This document shows, one piece after another, positions 13,480 to 26,276 of a stretch of 64,000 nt of DNA. Below the pieces are notes generated by a model. That model did no database searches. It was not told the origin of the DNA and saw only the letters and a list, made by a program, of their open reading frames with translations. The position numbers and the translations under genes are program-made. The DNA is from the human T2T-CHM13v2.0 reference genome, Homo sapiens. The DNA is taken from assembly GCF_009914755.1 (NCBI RefSeq), contig NC_060935.1. One strand, 5' to 3'. Positions within the stretch are counted from its first letter, which is position 1, and each line of letters opens with the position of its first letter.

Positions 13480-14420
13480 ATTGTTTTAGAAAATATACAA
13501 AACATTTTTTATCTTGCTGTCTGTTATGCACTTTATAAATTTTGCCAACACAGAATCCATCTGGGCTAAGGCCAGCAGAACTGTTTCACTTTTGCCTTGT
13601 TTGCGTATTAACAACACAGCTAATGTCAACATGGCTTTATTTGCTCTTGCTCCAAAAAAGCTGACCAGAATCCATGTAGATACCTTATAAATCATTTAGA
13701 TTTTCTTCTGCACCATTAAGAAAGTGTTGACATTTTTTAAAGGAAGGCTTTTTTTTTTCAGACTACAGTAATTCTATCATTGAGCACCAAAATCATTTTC
13801 AGGATGGCATTATTCATTTTTCTAAAATGCCATGTCCAGATTCCCATTTTTTTCAAGAAGCTTGGCTGAATTAAATGAGTGACTTGGCTTGACTTAACCT
13901 CATAAACTTCAATGTCTTAACATTTTGCCGTGGAAGTACATTATCATTGACAGGGCATGTTTTATGTTTTTTGTTCCCATTTCCTCTGTTAGTAATCAAG
14001 AAAACCTGGAATTTCTTGATGCAGTAAATATCTCTGCGTCAATAATGTAGTCATACTTTCTGGATTATTTCTCAACACTTCAGTTAATGTGACATCATTC
14101 TAGATTATCTTACTAAGTCTTTTATACTCTCACCATACTTTCGGATCTAAGATTTATCACTTGTCCTTCCTTCTGCAAGTATGCTGCTTCCTAGGGCTGA
14201 GATCTCTGAAGGAGTTGATGATAATTTCAACATCCCAAGATTTTGCTATACCTTCTTTGGGGAAGAGCATCTCTCAAGAGTGGCATTTTCCAAATAATCT
14301 CATAGGAGCCCTGTCAAATGTAAGCACACTTCTGGAACAAGTTAATTCATTTTTACCCATTTTTTGAGATGATATTTACTGGATGGGTTGAGTTACTGAA
14401 CCTGTTCCTGCTGCAATCTC
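13480..14420 (-). mobile_element. Decayed hAT-Charlie transposase remnant
   Basis: Minus-strand relics occur in the expected order: VLTFDRAP (cf. CTDGAP), NSRF..LL.EEMG, HGKML.., ..F.KMN, then W.....ANKAML.L (hAT dimerisation-like). Many stops and frameshifts. Confidence 0.45.
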
Positions 14421-15062
14421 CAGTCATATCACAAATCTGTCATCCAATTGCCTGTGTCACAACATTAGTGTCCCTACCTCCATTCTTCCTAATTCTACCT
14501 CATCCTCTATATAAGGGCCATCATAAGGTCTTCAAACATCATATTTAGGTCATTCTTTTGCAAAGTCTGCAGAAATGCCTTCTTTCATATTAAATCAACT
14601 TTGAATTTCTCAGTCTACACTGAGTCCTCTTGTCACTAAGCTGCCTCCAGGCCGTCCCACGTCATCATTTGTTGTTGTCCAACATGATGAGCTCTTGGTT
14701 CCTAGCCATTCTATTTTTCTTTAAGTTTCTGAACTTGTTCTCACATTTCATTCCTTCTGTCATGTTTAATGCATTCCATTTTAATCACCTCCTTGTTCTG
14801 TACTCCTTCAACAATTATATTTAGCCATAGCTAAGGGAGAGCTGAATTTCTGAAAATATTTGTGGGGCTCTAAAATTAGCAAGGCAAGTTGCATTTTCAA
14901 TTCACTAGAGGGAGTGAATTTAAATACTTAAAATAACCTTCCTAGAAATTACTCTAAGAAATTAAACGAGTCCTTTTAAAGAGTAAAAAATTCCTCTTTA
15001 AAAGAGCAATTTAGAATCACAGAATAATAGAAGCTTAGTCTAAGGAGATCACTTAATCCTAA

Positions 15063-15363
<301 letters not shown>

Positions 15364-15441
15364 CTAAACCCTAATTTTAAAGCAACTAAATTATATCATT
15401 GTAGTTTGTGTTATATTACATGTTGCTTATATGTTGCCTTG

Positions 15442-15799
15442 TGCTGTGGTCTCAATGTTTGCATGCCCCCAAAATACATATATTGAAACCTAATCACTAA
15501 TGCGATGACATTAGGAGGTAGTCCCTTTGGGAAGTGATTAGATCATGAGGACAGAGCCTTATGAATGAGATTAGTTCTCTTAGAAAAGAAGCCCCAGGGA
15601 GTGGCCTTGCCTCTTCCACCATGTGAGGACACAGTAAAAAGGTGTTGTGAGAAAGTAGGCCCTCACCAGACACCAAATCCCTGCTGGTGCCTTGATCTTG
15701 GACTTCTCAGCCTCCAGAACTGTGAGAAATAAGTTCCTGTTGTTTATAAACTACTTTGTTTACAATATTTTGTTATACCAGGCCAAATGAACTAAGACA
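15442..15799 (+). mobile_element. MLT1A0-like MaLR solo LTR
   Basis: tgctgtggtc...ccttgatcttggacttc.cagcctccagaactgtgagaaataa...actaagaca. Confidence 0.85.
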
Positions 15800-16129
15800 C
15801 TTTAAAGCTGATTTCTTAATGTGTCATATCTTGTTTTCCTACTTGCTCCTCATGTATTTTCTTTCCTAGTTATTGGCACTTTCATCAATTCAGTGGCTTG
15901 AGCTAGGAACCTAGAAGTCATCAAGACCTCGCTCCTTTGCTCCACTCTACACCATAATCTCTTCAACTAGACTGTGATCTCTTGAGAACAGGATAGTGTG
16001 TATTTGACATCCTATCTTGCCTACCTAGCACAGTAATTAGAATACAGGAGGTAGTCAATAAATTCTTGAATTAGTAAATGAAACTTATCCTTGTCTCTAC
16101 CCTATATCTAAACCATTATCAAGTTCTTT

Positions 16130-16243
16130 TGATTTTATCCCCTAAATAGTTATTTAATCTGATCTCTCTTCCCACCTCTGTTTATTCCTTCTGATTTTAC
16201 CCCCTAAATGGTTATTTAATCTGATTTCTCTCTCACCTCTATT
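16130..16243. repeat. About 62-bp degenerate tandem duplication within L2-like DNA
   Basis: 'gatttta.cccctaaat.gttatttaatctgat.tctc' at 16131 and 16193. Confidence 0.8.
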
Positions 16244-16557
16244 CTCATTATCTCTTATCTAGACTGTCAAAATAATCTGTTTATTCAATCTTGCCCCCCT
16301 ACCCTCTATTACCATTTCTCAAAATGATTCATTTTGAATTAAAATATGATATTGCCACTACTAGCAGAATCTTTTCAATGGCTTTATATCATCCACAGGA
16401 TGTTTTTTAAGTCCCGTAGCATTAGACAAGGCCCTATGTGAGTCCTTCAACTTTTCCAGTCTCAGGTTGTGTTACTGTCTCACTCTTCTTTTCAAATAGT
16501 ACCAAACTGATTTGGTATTCTTGTATACGCCATGAGGTATATAGCAGATGGACTCTT

Positions 16558-16763
16558 TTTTTTTTTCTTTTTTTCTTTTTTTTTAATTATTATTATTCTT
16601 TAAGTTTTAGGGTACATGTGCACAATGTGCAGGTTAGTTACATATGTATACATGTGCCATGCTGGTGTGCTGCACCCATTAACTCGTCATTTAGCATTAA
16701 GTATATCTCCTAATGCCATCCCTCCCCCTTCCCCCCACCACAACAGTCCCCAGAGTGTGATGT
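16558..16763 (-). mobile_element. Severely 5'-truncated young L1PA (PA2-PA4-like) insertion
   Basis: L1PA 3' UTR ('agggtacatgtgcacaatgtgcaggttagttac'), T-rich tail, and TSD tggactctt at 16549-16557 / 16764-16772. Confidence 0.9.
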
Positions 16764-19700
16764 TGGACTCTTAGCCTGGGTTGGTGAAAAGGTCAGAGAA
16801 GGATTCCTAAAGAGGAAGACACATTAGAGAGACCTGAAAAATTAGTAAGAGTTAGGGGGAAAGAAGGCAGAGACTTTGAAAAAAAAATAACCTTACCTCT
16901 TTTTGCCCCTATTTGGTTCTAAGTTATAATTGTTTAAACCTTGAAAATTTATTGCCTGAAGTATAAGCAAGATGCTGCATCAAGCCTTTTTTCAGTTAAG
17001 TCATGTGGTTGGCTGCAGGATCTTTCATTCATTTTCTCATTCAACAATTATTCATTGAGTTCTGTTTATGCGCCAAGCATTGTGTTACACGCTGATGGTA
17101 CAGAGGTGGGCAAATGAGGCAAGCACCCTGACCTCATGGAATACAGACACAGTCATTACTCAGTTACCCTTCAAAGCCTAAGACCTAAAGACTTGATTGG
17201 ACCACAAGAGGAAACCAGAAATGCCAAAGATGTATCTTTAGCCCTTTATCTATGTAAATGTTGTGCTAATCCAATAAGGAATGAATAACAATTCTCCTTA
17301 GTATATGGTGGTGAGAATAACTGATACTTTTAACTCTTTGACAATGATACTATTGTACAGATGAATCACAAGAGATCAGTTTATTTAGGTATTATTCTAA
17401 TAATGGTTAGTGGACAGTTTTGCCTTCAAGCATGGAATCAGTCTAAGAAAATCTTAAAAGCTTTTTGAATTCACATCAATGTCATCACAGGAGTAGTTTT
17501 TTTTAGGTGGAATTGATGTTTACTATGCCCTTAAAGCAATAATATTGCACTGTAAGAGGCTTAACACATTTTTAACAACCTCTCTTACCATCCTAGAAGC
17601 ACTGCTGGATACATGTTTTCAAGTTGATGTGGTTTCAGTGCAGAAAGGTTCTTTAAGGTAGCATGAAACACAAATCTAGCACTGCAAATAAATCCCTGGT
17701 GTTATTTATCAGGGTTTTGGATAACTTAGGTGTCATCCGTGTAAGTAACACAGAGGTCTCCTCTTTGGCTAATTACTCAACATAGTTTTTAATCTTACTA
17801 GCTGATGTATGAATGCCAAGAACATATCCAAATTGTATATTTGCTACTCTTCTGTAAGTATGTTTTTAATATCTAATATGACCAATTTAACTTATTGTTT
17901 CAATTCTCTATTTGCAACATTCAAAAAGAATTCTTTACTAAAATCTTTTAGTGTTTTATTTTCAATTCAGTATTTCCTAAATTGTGCTTTTATTTAACTA
18001 GTTTTATGCTTTTAACTCATTCATCTGGAAAATATTTTGAATTTTTAAAAATTACGCATATCTGGTCATATCACTCCATAACAAGTTAAATGAATGAAGA
18101 AACCAGCAGTAAGAATGAAATGTGCAGATGGGAGGGAAAGGCAAAAGAGAACCCATACATATTCTCAGGTAGGCATCAGAGGCCAAACATAGGCAAAGAG
18201 TCAGGGTAATTGTTTACCGAATGTCAGAGAAAGAAAAGAGATCCAGAAACTGTAGAATCAAATCTAGAGCCAGGTGTGTAACTATGGTTACCACGGTTAC
18301 TGTCTGTTACTTTAACCAAGAAAATGGAAGGCATCAAGAATCCAGTCACAACTAGGATTGCATGGCATAAAAATCAATTAAAAAGTATTTCACCTATTTG
18401 GAGAGTAATAGAACTATAGGTCAGAAAATAAGAGTCCTGATATCACAGGAAAATCAATATTATACCATTAGCACCACTACCACTCCTATGACCATTACTT
18501 TAACCTTTATGACAATGTATGTTTACTGCAATATACCCAATGAAATGCCTAGATTTTGATAAAGGTGCTTAGTGTGCCTGTTTACATGTCAAAAATACTC
18601 ATCAGGCCTAGGTACCTGCCACTATAAACTAGTAAAGCTATCTCAGTATTTTCTTTGCATTCAGAATCCTTTAAAGTGGTATTTTTCTTATTCTTTTATA
18701 ATAGTTAGGATGAGGTAGAATTCACATGACAAAGAAAAGTTTCAACATACACTGAGATGGAAGGGAGAATGGCAGAAACAGAGAGAATATCTATAGTTAG
18801 GACACAGGGAAGGGAGAAAGCACAGTGAGGGAGATAAAGAAGGACTGGTCAAAGAGTAGGAGAGAACGTAAAGAATACAGTCTTACCAAAGCCAAGATAA
18901 TAGCTATTGAAAAGAGGAGACATGTGTGAAGGTGAGAAATGCTTAATTTCATCAAGTGCTATAGAGGAAACAAGAATGGTGAATTTGGTAATTAAAAAGG
19001 CATTGAAAGCTTGGGGAAAGTGGAAATAATAATAATTAATGTCCATTGAGTACCCACTGCATAGTAGCTATTATTTTAAGAACTTTTTATATAACATCTT
19101 GTTTAATCTTCATAACAACACTAAGAAGTTTAGGAGGTAGGTACTAGTACTAATCTCATTTTGTACATGAAATAACTAAAACACAAAGATGTTGGGTTAC
19201 TTACTCAAGTATATGACACTAATGGAGAAGCCATGATTTAATCCTCACAGTCTAGTTCTAGAACCAGGACTTTTAATGGAGGCTGATTTGAATTAGGCTG
19301 AATTTGAATTAGGTGCTAATGTTCTTGAGAAAATGTGGGAATGAGCCAGAGATGTCAGTAGAAGGTGACATGGTGATGAGAAAGGATTCTTACAACAGAA
19401 GGGAGTGGACTGAAAAGAAGAGAGTAGTTGGACCAGCTATCTATGGAATGAGTCTAGAAGTACTAGTGGAGAAGAAGGGCATGTAGACTTTTCACTTCTT
19501 TAGGAGTGAATGGCCCTGACATGATTCGGTTGGGAAGGAAGTAGGAATCTTAAGGAAAACAAATGATTCAATTAAGATGAAGAGAATAAAATGGTCAAAT
19601 ATTAAAAAAGAATTTGTTTTGGGGGCCATAGTGATTAGGCTTGCAGAAAATGCCAACAGGTTGGCAGAAGGTTAGAGCTGTGCTGAAAGGGATGAGATCA

Positions 19701-20019
19701 CGAGACAACAGCCATGAAGAAAGGGTAGTAAGTGATTATGTACCTCAGGACTGAAGGGACAAGAGGTCAGGAGGCACTCTGTAGGGGCCTAGATGTCTAC
19801 AGGGATATGTTTAAAGGGGGTGTTGAATAGATAGAAAAGTACTTTGTTTCCAGGTTCCAAATATAATGTTATTATGTTGGTAGAAGCATCTCCAAAACTC
19901 TGGCCCTAGAAATTAGGTCCTAAGTAAGCTTTAAAAGTGGTACTCCCAGTCTTGGGAGATTCACGTTAAAATTAAACTATAAAAAAACTAAGAGAATTCA
20001 GAAAATTATTTGAATGAAG

Positions 20020-20965
20020 AAGTGCTTTATAAGTATGACAAAAAGTTAGAATTCTTAAAAGATTTTTAAATTAAATTGAAAACAATTTCAAAATAGAAAA
20101 AAAAAACCCACTATGAGCAAAGTCAAAAGATAAACTCAGTAAATATTGGCATTTTTTAAAATCATAAATACATTTTCTGATATGTTAAGAATTTCCATAA
20201 CTCAGTTAAAGGTAATTAGATTAATAGAACAATGGCCAAAAGACGTATTTATGTTCACAGAAAACAAAATAGAAATGGTTTTTATACATAAGGAAGATGT
20301 TCAATCTCAACCACAAGAAACGTTTTGAGTAAACCATAACCAGCTATCATTTTTTCTTATCAGCTTAACCAAGATAAAATAGTTGATAAGTTACTATGTT
20401 GGCAAAGGTATAAGAAAGCACATACTTTCATACATTATTGGTGAAAGTATAAATTATATATTTGGCATATGTTTAAAATTAGTAATGCACCATACTCTTT
20501 GACCCAGCAACTTGACTTCTTGTAATTTATCCCATAGGTATAGTTGCACATATGCAAAATGACATATGACAAGTTATTCAATGAAACATTATTTGTAGTT
20601 ATAAAATATTGTAAACAGTCTAAATGGAACCAGTGCAAATTTGGAATTAGAGAAACAAATTGTGGTAAAATGGCATGCCTTCTAATTATTACAGAAAAGA
20701 AGTAAAGTATAAGGAAGCTGTGTAAGTACCCATAAGGAACAATCTCCAAGGCAAGGGGTATATAGTGCATTATCCTTTGTGTAAATATAGGAGATGCAAC
20801 AGAAATATATGTGTTTATTATTTTTACATAGTATAAATCTGGAAGAATGTCCATACATAGAAAATAAATCCAACAGACTTCCCTGGTTTCCTCAAGGGAT
20901 CTAGGTGGCATAGGAGATGTTTACCCGTTGTCTATTCTTCTATGTCTTTTGTATTTTTAAATGAG
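20020..20965 (+). mobile_element. Old L1 (L1ME/MD-like) 3' fragment
   Basis: 'atggccaaaagac...ttcacagaaaac', 'ctttgacccagcaa' and 'cattatttgtagt' ORF2 end / 3' UTR relics. Confidence 0.6.
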
Positions 20966-23900
20966 TTGCCCTGTCACTGGGATTCCTTGTTTCAGGATAA
21001 AGATAAGGCCAAGAGAATTGTAATTTTCAAAAACAAAACTTGATCAGCAACAGGTCCCCAGCACAGAGCTTAAATAAATTGGAATGGTGGCTTAAGGGTA
21101 GGTTTATGAGAGTCATAAATTCCAAATCAAGTCTTGTGCGTTCTATTTTGCAGGCAATGAGGAAGCAATAAAGGACTCTGAGCAAGAGAATGATGTATAT
21201 AGGCCATTGTTTTGGAAGATTCATCACAAATTCATGTGCAAGTAGATTGGAGGAAGGAAGTATCAACAGAAAGAAAGGCCAATTATGAGACCATTGCAAT
21301 ACTATATGGTACACATGTTGCATATGTTTTAATATTATGTATAACATATATAAACACTTCAAAAAGTCAGTTATCGCTAACTTCCTTCCTCCTTTCTTTC
21401 ATTCCTACTATACAGTCCAGAAAGAATTGAAATTGATAATATCTTGTCACCTAACTTCCATATTCCACTTTTCTCCCCAGTGTTTGGCATCTTTGACATT
21501 TTAATAAAAAACAAAACAGTTAGAAAGATCAATTAATATTGTCTTTGGAAAAATTGTTAATTTGTGTTTATTTGCTTGACTCTTTTTTCCAATTGAGCTA
21601 AATGTGATTTTGAAGGACCATTCATCATATACTTCAGTTTAAAAGTTTGAGATTAAGATTTTTAGACCAAGTGAGAATTTGAACAGGAATAGGATCTAAT
21701 TTTTAAAAGTAAGATTTGGAATTTCCCATGGAACTTAACATTTATGCTTACTTGGGAGTTAGTGAAGACCTTGCTTATGAATGTGGCAATGGAAATGGAG
21801 AGGAAATGATACATTTGAGAGGAAGCTTTGACTATGCTTATGGACTAAGTGGATTTTAGAAAATACAGAAAAGCAGTGGTTACTTTTGAACCTGGTATTA
21901 GGAGAATTACTTTGACTCTAAAATGAAAAAGAAAGTGGGAGGAAATGGAGGAAAGGCAAGCATTTCATAGAATTACTATTTTATGTTTCTAATAAATCAA
22001 ATTTGGTTTGGCAGTAGACATCAAAGTGGCAATAGCCAAGCAACAGACCTTGAGCTCAGGGAGATTAACATGACTATGCAGATTAGGGAATCATTTGTAC
22101 AGAGGCAGGTGAGTTTTCTGAGAGTATAGAGAGTTTAAAAAGGGATAGCTTGAAGGAAATGCTCCTTACCACTTCAATAATGTGTAGCAAAATTATTCAG
22201 CTGGTGTTTGAATTGGCATACAAAGTCATTCTGATAATGATAGAATTTGTGTAATAGTTTTCATGTGAAAGCTGAGACTAAGATAAGCGCTTGCATGCAC
22301 CATGCATCATAGCAGTTCTCCTAACACATATCTGTCCAGAAAAACCAGGATTTAGAAACAATAACAAATTTGTTCAATGGATGTTGTATGTTTTCATGGC
22401 TCTTTTTTACAAATGAGGTCAGTGTATGTGTAATTAGATTAACTCACTTCAGTATGCTTATCTCATGGTAACACAAAATATAGATTCAGGAAAATCAACT
22501 ACTCTTATTCATTAAAACATTAAGTTCAGTTGTGTAATATTTACAGTTATGCCTCACAATTATGGGAAAACAAGGGGAAACGTTGTTCCTTAATGTACCA
22601 AATAGCAGACAACATAAACCCCTCAGTTCACTGTGACACAGTTTCCCAATTACCCTACTTGATATATTTTTGCACTCCATTTTAACTTACAAATAGTATG
22701 ATACATATTCTTCTCAAGATATAAATCAATTGAAATATGTGATAACTCTATACAGTTTAATTTTTTTTAAAGCAAATGGTAGCAGTATTAAACTGTATTT
22801 ATTTAAATAATTTAAGAATTGAGAGCTTTAATGTGAGAGTGTATTCTTAAACAGAATTATGCCTTCCTACCTATAAGAGGAAAATTTGAAAGTTTTCTCA
22901 GGAAAATTATTTTTTACATATTTGATTTTAATGTACTATAGAAGAAAATTTTTCTGTTTTAATAAGTGAATCATTACATAGTCACAGCTAAGTATTACTG
23001 AAACAATTATCACATTATCAATATAAATAGTTTAGAAAATTAGACTCAATAATAGGGGTAAAGACTGTGTTAACATTTAGGAAAAGTAGATAATGTATCA
23101 TTAAGAATGAACACTAATGCAAATTTTAACAATACTGTGCAACTTGTTGGTTCTCTATCTTGTATTGGAGAAGACTTCTTGTCTAACCTTGATTTAATTT
23201 TACCCTGTACATAAGCATTAACCTCATTTGGGTCATAAATGTGAATCAATAGAGTTAAAAAATACCACATTTGACCTTGCCATAATGCCAAAACTTTAGA
23301 TATTTAATATTGTATTCCTTATTTAATGTGTTAATTTCATTTGGAGATAATATAACCATCTTCATCTTTAAAAACATAATTGAATAATGAAGTAAACCAA
23401 AACAAACATTTGAATCATCATTTAGATTTTAATGGCCTTAAGACTGAAATAAATAGAGACAATGTGAGTAAGTTACGCTGACATAAAGAATAAGTTTATG
23501 GTGCAGGTTTAACTACATTCTGTTACAAATTGTGCCTGGAGAGTTTTATAGTTTTGTTTTCAAGGAGGTAGAATTAATAGGAATTGCATCAGGAATACCA
23601 AGCACTATGAGAATGAGGAATCTCAAATTACTCTTATGACTCTCTGCTCCTAGCAATGGTCAGATATTTAAGTAAAGACCCCATTAAGACAGACCAACAA
23701 ATTGTAGTTAATGAAACTTTACATGAACCAAAAGTATGAAGGGGTCTCACAAAATGCTAGTGCCCCTTTTGGTTTTATGTTTATTTTTTAAAGAATAAGT
23801 TTGAAGAAAGAGAGAGAACTAATAATTTTCTTGAACTGGGATATCCAACCTGCATCTCTATTGTGATTGGTTCTGGGAGTTCAGAGCAGGACTGATTAGC

Positions 23901-25494
23901 AAGTCTACTAGAAGGCAACTAGGCAAGTCATGCATAAAAAGTGACTTCAGACATCACCCAAGGAAGGAGAAAAATGATGAAACCATAGAAACACCACTAG
24001 GTCTCAGATGCTCTTAATTCACCAGTATCCCTGCCTTGAAAACAAATGCAGCCTTTTGAAGTTTGGTCATTGGAAAGGTCCAAGCAAAGCTGAATGAATT
24101 TATTTTAAGAAAGTTGTATATCAGATGTTGCATTAAGTAGAGGTTTGAGCTGGATGACACATAAATCACATGCAATCCAAAGAGTCTATAATTATTTGTA
24201 TACGTACATATATGTCCAGAGACAGTATGCTTACTGATTAAATTTTGTTTCAAAATGCAAATTCAACTAAAGCTTTATTTTATCACATGTAAAATAGCTG
24301 TAATTCTCTAAATCACACATTGCTTCTTAGAAACTTCTGAGTAATTTCTGATTCTTTGAACAGTCCCTTAACAGTCTTATATATTATTCCATTTTACAGA
24401 TGAGAGCATCAGAGACAATAACCAAGGTCTTATAGATACCAAGTGAGGAATCTGGGATTAGAAGTCAGTCTATTTCATTGGAAAGGCTGTTTTCAGTCTT
24501 TTTCACTGGAAAAGTTGTCATCCTGTGTCTTTCTTATAGTACATATATTACAGTAATAAAACTTTATTTTCCTTTTCAAAATGTTTGTCTTTATAGAGTT
24601 GTAATCCTGCTTAAGTGCAACATTTCTAAATTCTAGTACATAGAAGAATTAACAATTACAAATTCAAAGAGCCGTAGAGTCTTGCTATAACATCAAATTA
24701 TAACATATTGATTGGCCTTATACTATCATATGCATTGAATGAGAATTCAAGAAATTTCTGGATTGAAGAGCTTTGGTTGTGATTAGGTAGCACCATAGAT
24801 AACCATGCCGCAATAATCCTGCCACTTCTAAAGATAAATTTTCCTGGTCAGACTCCAAACTTCATATTGATATCTATACTCCATTGTTGTATCAGAAAGA
24901 TGCATTATGAATTTGGTTTTATAACTACAGGACATATATATGTCTAATGAGCCAATAACCTACAGAGCTATCTTTTAACACAGCTTTCTCATCTCTAAAA
25001 CACCATTGTCAGTTTTAAAAACTAGGCTTTGGCTTCTGCAAAACAACACTTAATCTTTAATATAAGGGGCATTCAGTAAGCATTGCTAGCTCTTACTTAA
25101 CGTCAAAATCACCTTACAATTTACCAACCTTCAAAAAAATAGGAGTAAAAAGGGGAAACCACTGCTTTGCATTTGTCTCAGCCATATTATGACAGTAGGG
25201 GACACAAGAAGAAACACTGTAAAGTAATAGTCCTAAAATAGGGTTCCAATTGTCTCTAACCAGGGACCCACCCAGAATGCAAATTCACAGTCCATAACAT
25301 CTTCCGGGTTCTTGGACTGCATGTGTCTTGGGACACTCAGAGAGAAATCTTTTCCTGCTGTGTGAAGTAAAACAAATTGCATGCCAAAGTTGTATATCAC
25401 CATGAGTTCAGATATTAGTTGCACATTTTTTAGCTCATTTTGAAAATGTAAAATATAAAATGAAATTAATTTTAATAACTGAGTTTAAAGTAAA

Positions 25495-25688
25495 GCTGCC
25501 GGAGCCCAAAAGTGCTTGCCCTGGCTCCTGCACTGGCTCACCTGTGTGCTCCCTCCGGCAAGGGGTGGAGTGCAGTGGGTCCCAGTGAGTGGAGTTCACC
25601 TCTACCGGCACTGAAGCAGCTGGCTAGTTCCAGCACCTATACACTCCAGTTCCCTCCTGGGAAAGGATCAGGGAAATATCGTGCTTCA
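25495..25688 (+). mobile_element. 3' fragment of an LTR1/LTR27/LTR28/MER52-group LTR
   Basis: GC-rich island 'ggagcccaaaagtgcttgccctggctcctgcac...aggatcagggaaa...ttca' resembles the 3' end of the LTR at 808-1599. Confidence 0.5.
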
Positions 25689-25869
25689 GTAAGTTTATTC
25701 CCCTAAGTGGGTACTCTTGGCTCCAACATTGACCCTCTTAAGTGCCAGGATAATTTCTGTGTACATGTATGTGCATGTGTATGTGTGTGTGTGCAAGCAC
25801 TATTAGAGTAGTCTATTAGATACAGTTTAAAATTTACCATCACCTTCATATGTTGCTTGGATCCTTAGT

Positions 25870-26090
25870 CAGTGTAATGAAGTACATCCTTGGAGCCAGA
25901 GCTGGGTTCAAATCCTGGCCCTGACACTTATAAACTGTACCATCTTGGAAGTCAGGTAATCTCTACAAGACTGATTGTATGTCCTTGAGAAAGTAGAGAT
26001 AATAGTAATGCCTACTTGTAAGGTTATCATATGGGCTAGAAATGTTTATGTAAATGGCCTCCTATAGTCCCTGAATCTTCTTGTAAATTC
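25870..26090 (+). mobile_element. MIR
   Basis: 'tggagccagagctgggttcaaatcctggccctgacacttat...ataatagtaatgcctac'. Confidence 0.7.
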
Positions 26091-26124
26091 ATACCAAGTA
26101 ATAACAAGTAATTTTAAAGTGTCA

Positions 26125-26276
26125 TTTTCCTGGGAATTTGTTAGAAATGCAAATTCTGAAGCCCCACCCCTCACCTACTGAATAGAAAACTCTGCTGGTG
26201 GGGCCCAGCAATCTCTGTTTTAACAAACCTTCCAGGTGACTCTGACGTACACTCAAGTTTGAAAACACTGGTCTAG
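26125..26276. mobile_element. MER5A
   Basis: 'ttgttagaaatgcaaattct...cctactgaat...ggggcccagcaatct.tgttttaacaa.cc.tccaggtga...aagtttga...cactggtctag'. Confidence 0.85.
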
